Assembly: GCA_050114655.1 (NCBI GenBank)
Contig: JASFRZ010000002.1
Coordinates: 1-43,989, forward strand
Length of the DNA stretch: 43,989 nucleotides
Reading direction: 5' to 3'
DNA from: Acidobacteriota bacterium
GTDB lineage: Bacteria; Acidobacteriota; UBA890
The notes beneath the pieces are model-generated. The model searched no databases. It was not told the DNA's origin and was given only the letters and a program-made list of their open reading frames with translations. This document shows positions 42,954 to 43,989 of this stretch, one piece after another. The stretch's first letter is position 1; each line of letters starts with the position of its first letter. The translations under genes and the position numbers were made by a program.

Positions 42954-43883
42954 ATGAGCCGTCCCCGCCTGGCGGTGAGCATGGGTGACCCCGCCGGCAT
43001 CGGCCCCGAGATCGTGTTGCGCGCCGGTCGCGCGCTGATCGAATCAGGCACGGCGGAGCCGGTGGTCTTCGGCGACGACGAGTACCTGCGTGCGGTGGCC
43101 GAGCAGCTCGGCGTCGCACCGCTTCCGCAAGTCACCGTGTGCGCGACGGTGCAGCCCGGGATGGAGCCGGGCCGCCCGCGTCGCGCCGACGCCGCAGTCG
43201 CACTGGCATGCATCGCCGCCGCAGCGGACGCGGCGCAGGGCGGCGGATGCGCCGCGCTGGTCACCGCGCCGGTGAGCAAGGAAGGGATCGCGCACATCGA
43301 GCCGTCGTTTCGCGGCCATACCGAGTTCCTCGCGGCGCGCGCGGGAGTGCGCGACCCGCTCATGCTGTTTGCCGGCATCGAGCCCGCGGTGGCTCTGCTG
43401 ACCACACACCTGCCGCTGGCCAGCGCGCTGGCGGCGGTACGTCGCCCGCGCGTCATCGCCACCCTGCGGCGACTGGACGAAGGCTGGTCACGCTGGTTCG
43501 GAGCGCGCCCATGCATCGGCGTCGCCGGCCTCAACCCGCACGCCGGCGAGCACGGCCTGCTGGGCTACGAAGACGACGTCGAGGTCCGCCCGGGGGTGGT
43601 CGACGCCCGACGCGAGGGAATCGATGCCCGCGGCCCCTACCCCGCCGACAGCATCCTGCGGCACCGCGAGCTGGACGTCATTCTGGCCCTGTACCACGAC
43701 CAGGGCACGATCATGGCAAAGAACGCCGCCACGCCGTCGGTCAACACCACCCTCGGCCTCCCCTACCCCCGCACCTCCCCCGACCACGGCGTCGCCTACG
43801 ACATCGCCGGCAAGGGAACCGCCGACTCCGCCGCCATGCTCGCCGCCCTACGCCTCGCCGCAAAGATGGCCGCAAGACGGTGA
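42954..43883 (+). CDS. pdxA: 4-hydroxythreonine-4-phosphate dehydrogenase
   Basis: It contains 'LAVSMGDPAGIGPEI', 'LVTAPVSKE', 'GHTEFLA', 'GLNPHAGEHG' and 'ALYHDQG'. I take the start at ATG 42954; the track start at 42915 would overlap holB. Confidence 0.9.
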   Translation: MSRPRLAVSMGDPAGIGPEIVLRAGRALIESGTAEPVVFGDDEYLRAVAEQLGVAPLPQVTVCATVQPGMEPGRPRRADAAVALACIAAAADAAQGGGCAALVTAPVSKEGIAHIEPSFRGHTEFLAARAGVRDPLMLFAGIEPAVALLTTHLPLASALAAVRRPRVIATLRRLDEGWSRWFGARPCIGVAGLNPHAGEHGLLGYEDDVEVRPGVVDARREGIDARGPYPADSILRHRELDVILALYHDQGTIMAKNAATPSVNTTLGLPYPRTSPDHGVAYDIAGKGTADSAAMLAALRLAAKMAARR

Positions 43884-43989
43884 AGCACCACGGCACCAGC
43901 GGACGCTGACGGCCAGGAGCGCAAGGCGCGCGCCGAGCGGGAGCGCAGGCGTACCTTCAGGTACGTCGAGCATCACGCGAGAAGCGCAA

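Noticed and set aside
43884-43989. A possible start of the next gene after pdxA; rsmA/ksgA would be expected by analogy with E. coli.
   Set aside because: There is no in-frame ATG/GTG with a recognisable N-terminal motif in the remaining 106 nt. That is too short to call.

Overview
This is very GC-rich, almost gap-free chromosomal DNA from a diderm (outer-membrane-bearing) bacterium. I call 36 CDS and one tRNA, and every non-coding gap is under 190 bp. I see no transposase or integrase, no CRISPR array, no phage genes, and no recognisable defence or toxin-antitoxin genes.

Layout:
(i) Minus-strand dnaB-alr-mlaE-mlaF-mlaD (1-5808).
(ii) Plus-strand GT2 + GT-C glycosyltransferase pair (5951-8311).
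(iii) An 8-kb minus-strand block: LolB-position lipoprotein, ispE, tRNA-Gln, prs, rplY, pth, hppA, rpsF, rpsR, rplI (8432-16441).
(iv) dGTPase-like gene plus a membrane protein (16536-19006).
(v) Minus-strand operon of GT-C protein, methyltransferase and ASST-like beta-propeller (19047-22908).
(vi) A 21-kb co-directional plus-strand run: glyA, deacetylase-like, tal, pccB, [GT-C, SDR, aminotransferase], accC, BCCP, tamB, bamA, surA-like, holB, pdxA (23020-43883).

The unusual content is not a discrete island. It is a distributed set of envelope-glycan genes: three to four GT-C paralogs, a GT2, a 4-keto/4-amino-sugar pair, a deacetylase-like protein, a methyltransferase and an arylsulfotransferase-like propeller. 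These are wedged into core housekeeping operons, often by overlapping start/stop codons. The best candidate for something undescribed is the GT-C / methyltransferase / ASST-like operon, but this rests on motif reading and gene context only.

The many long ORFs in the supplied track that run antisense or out of frame to these genes look like GC-content artefacts.
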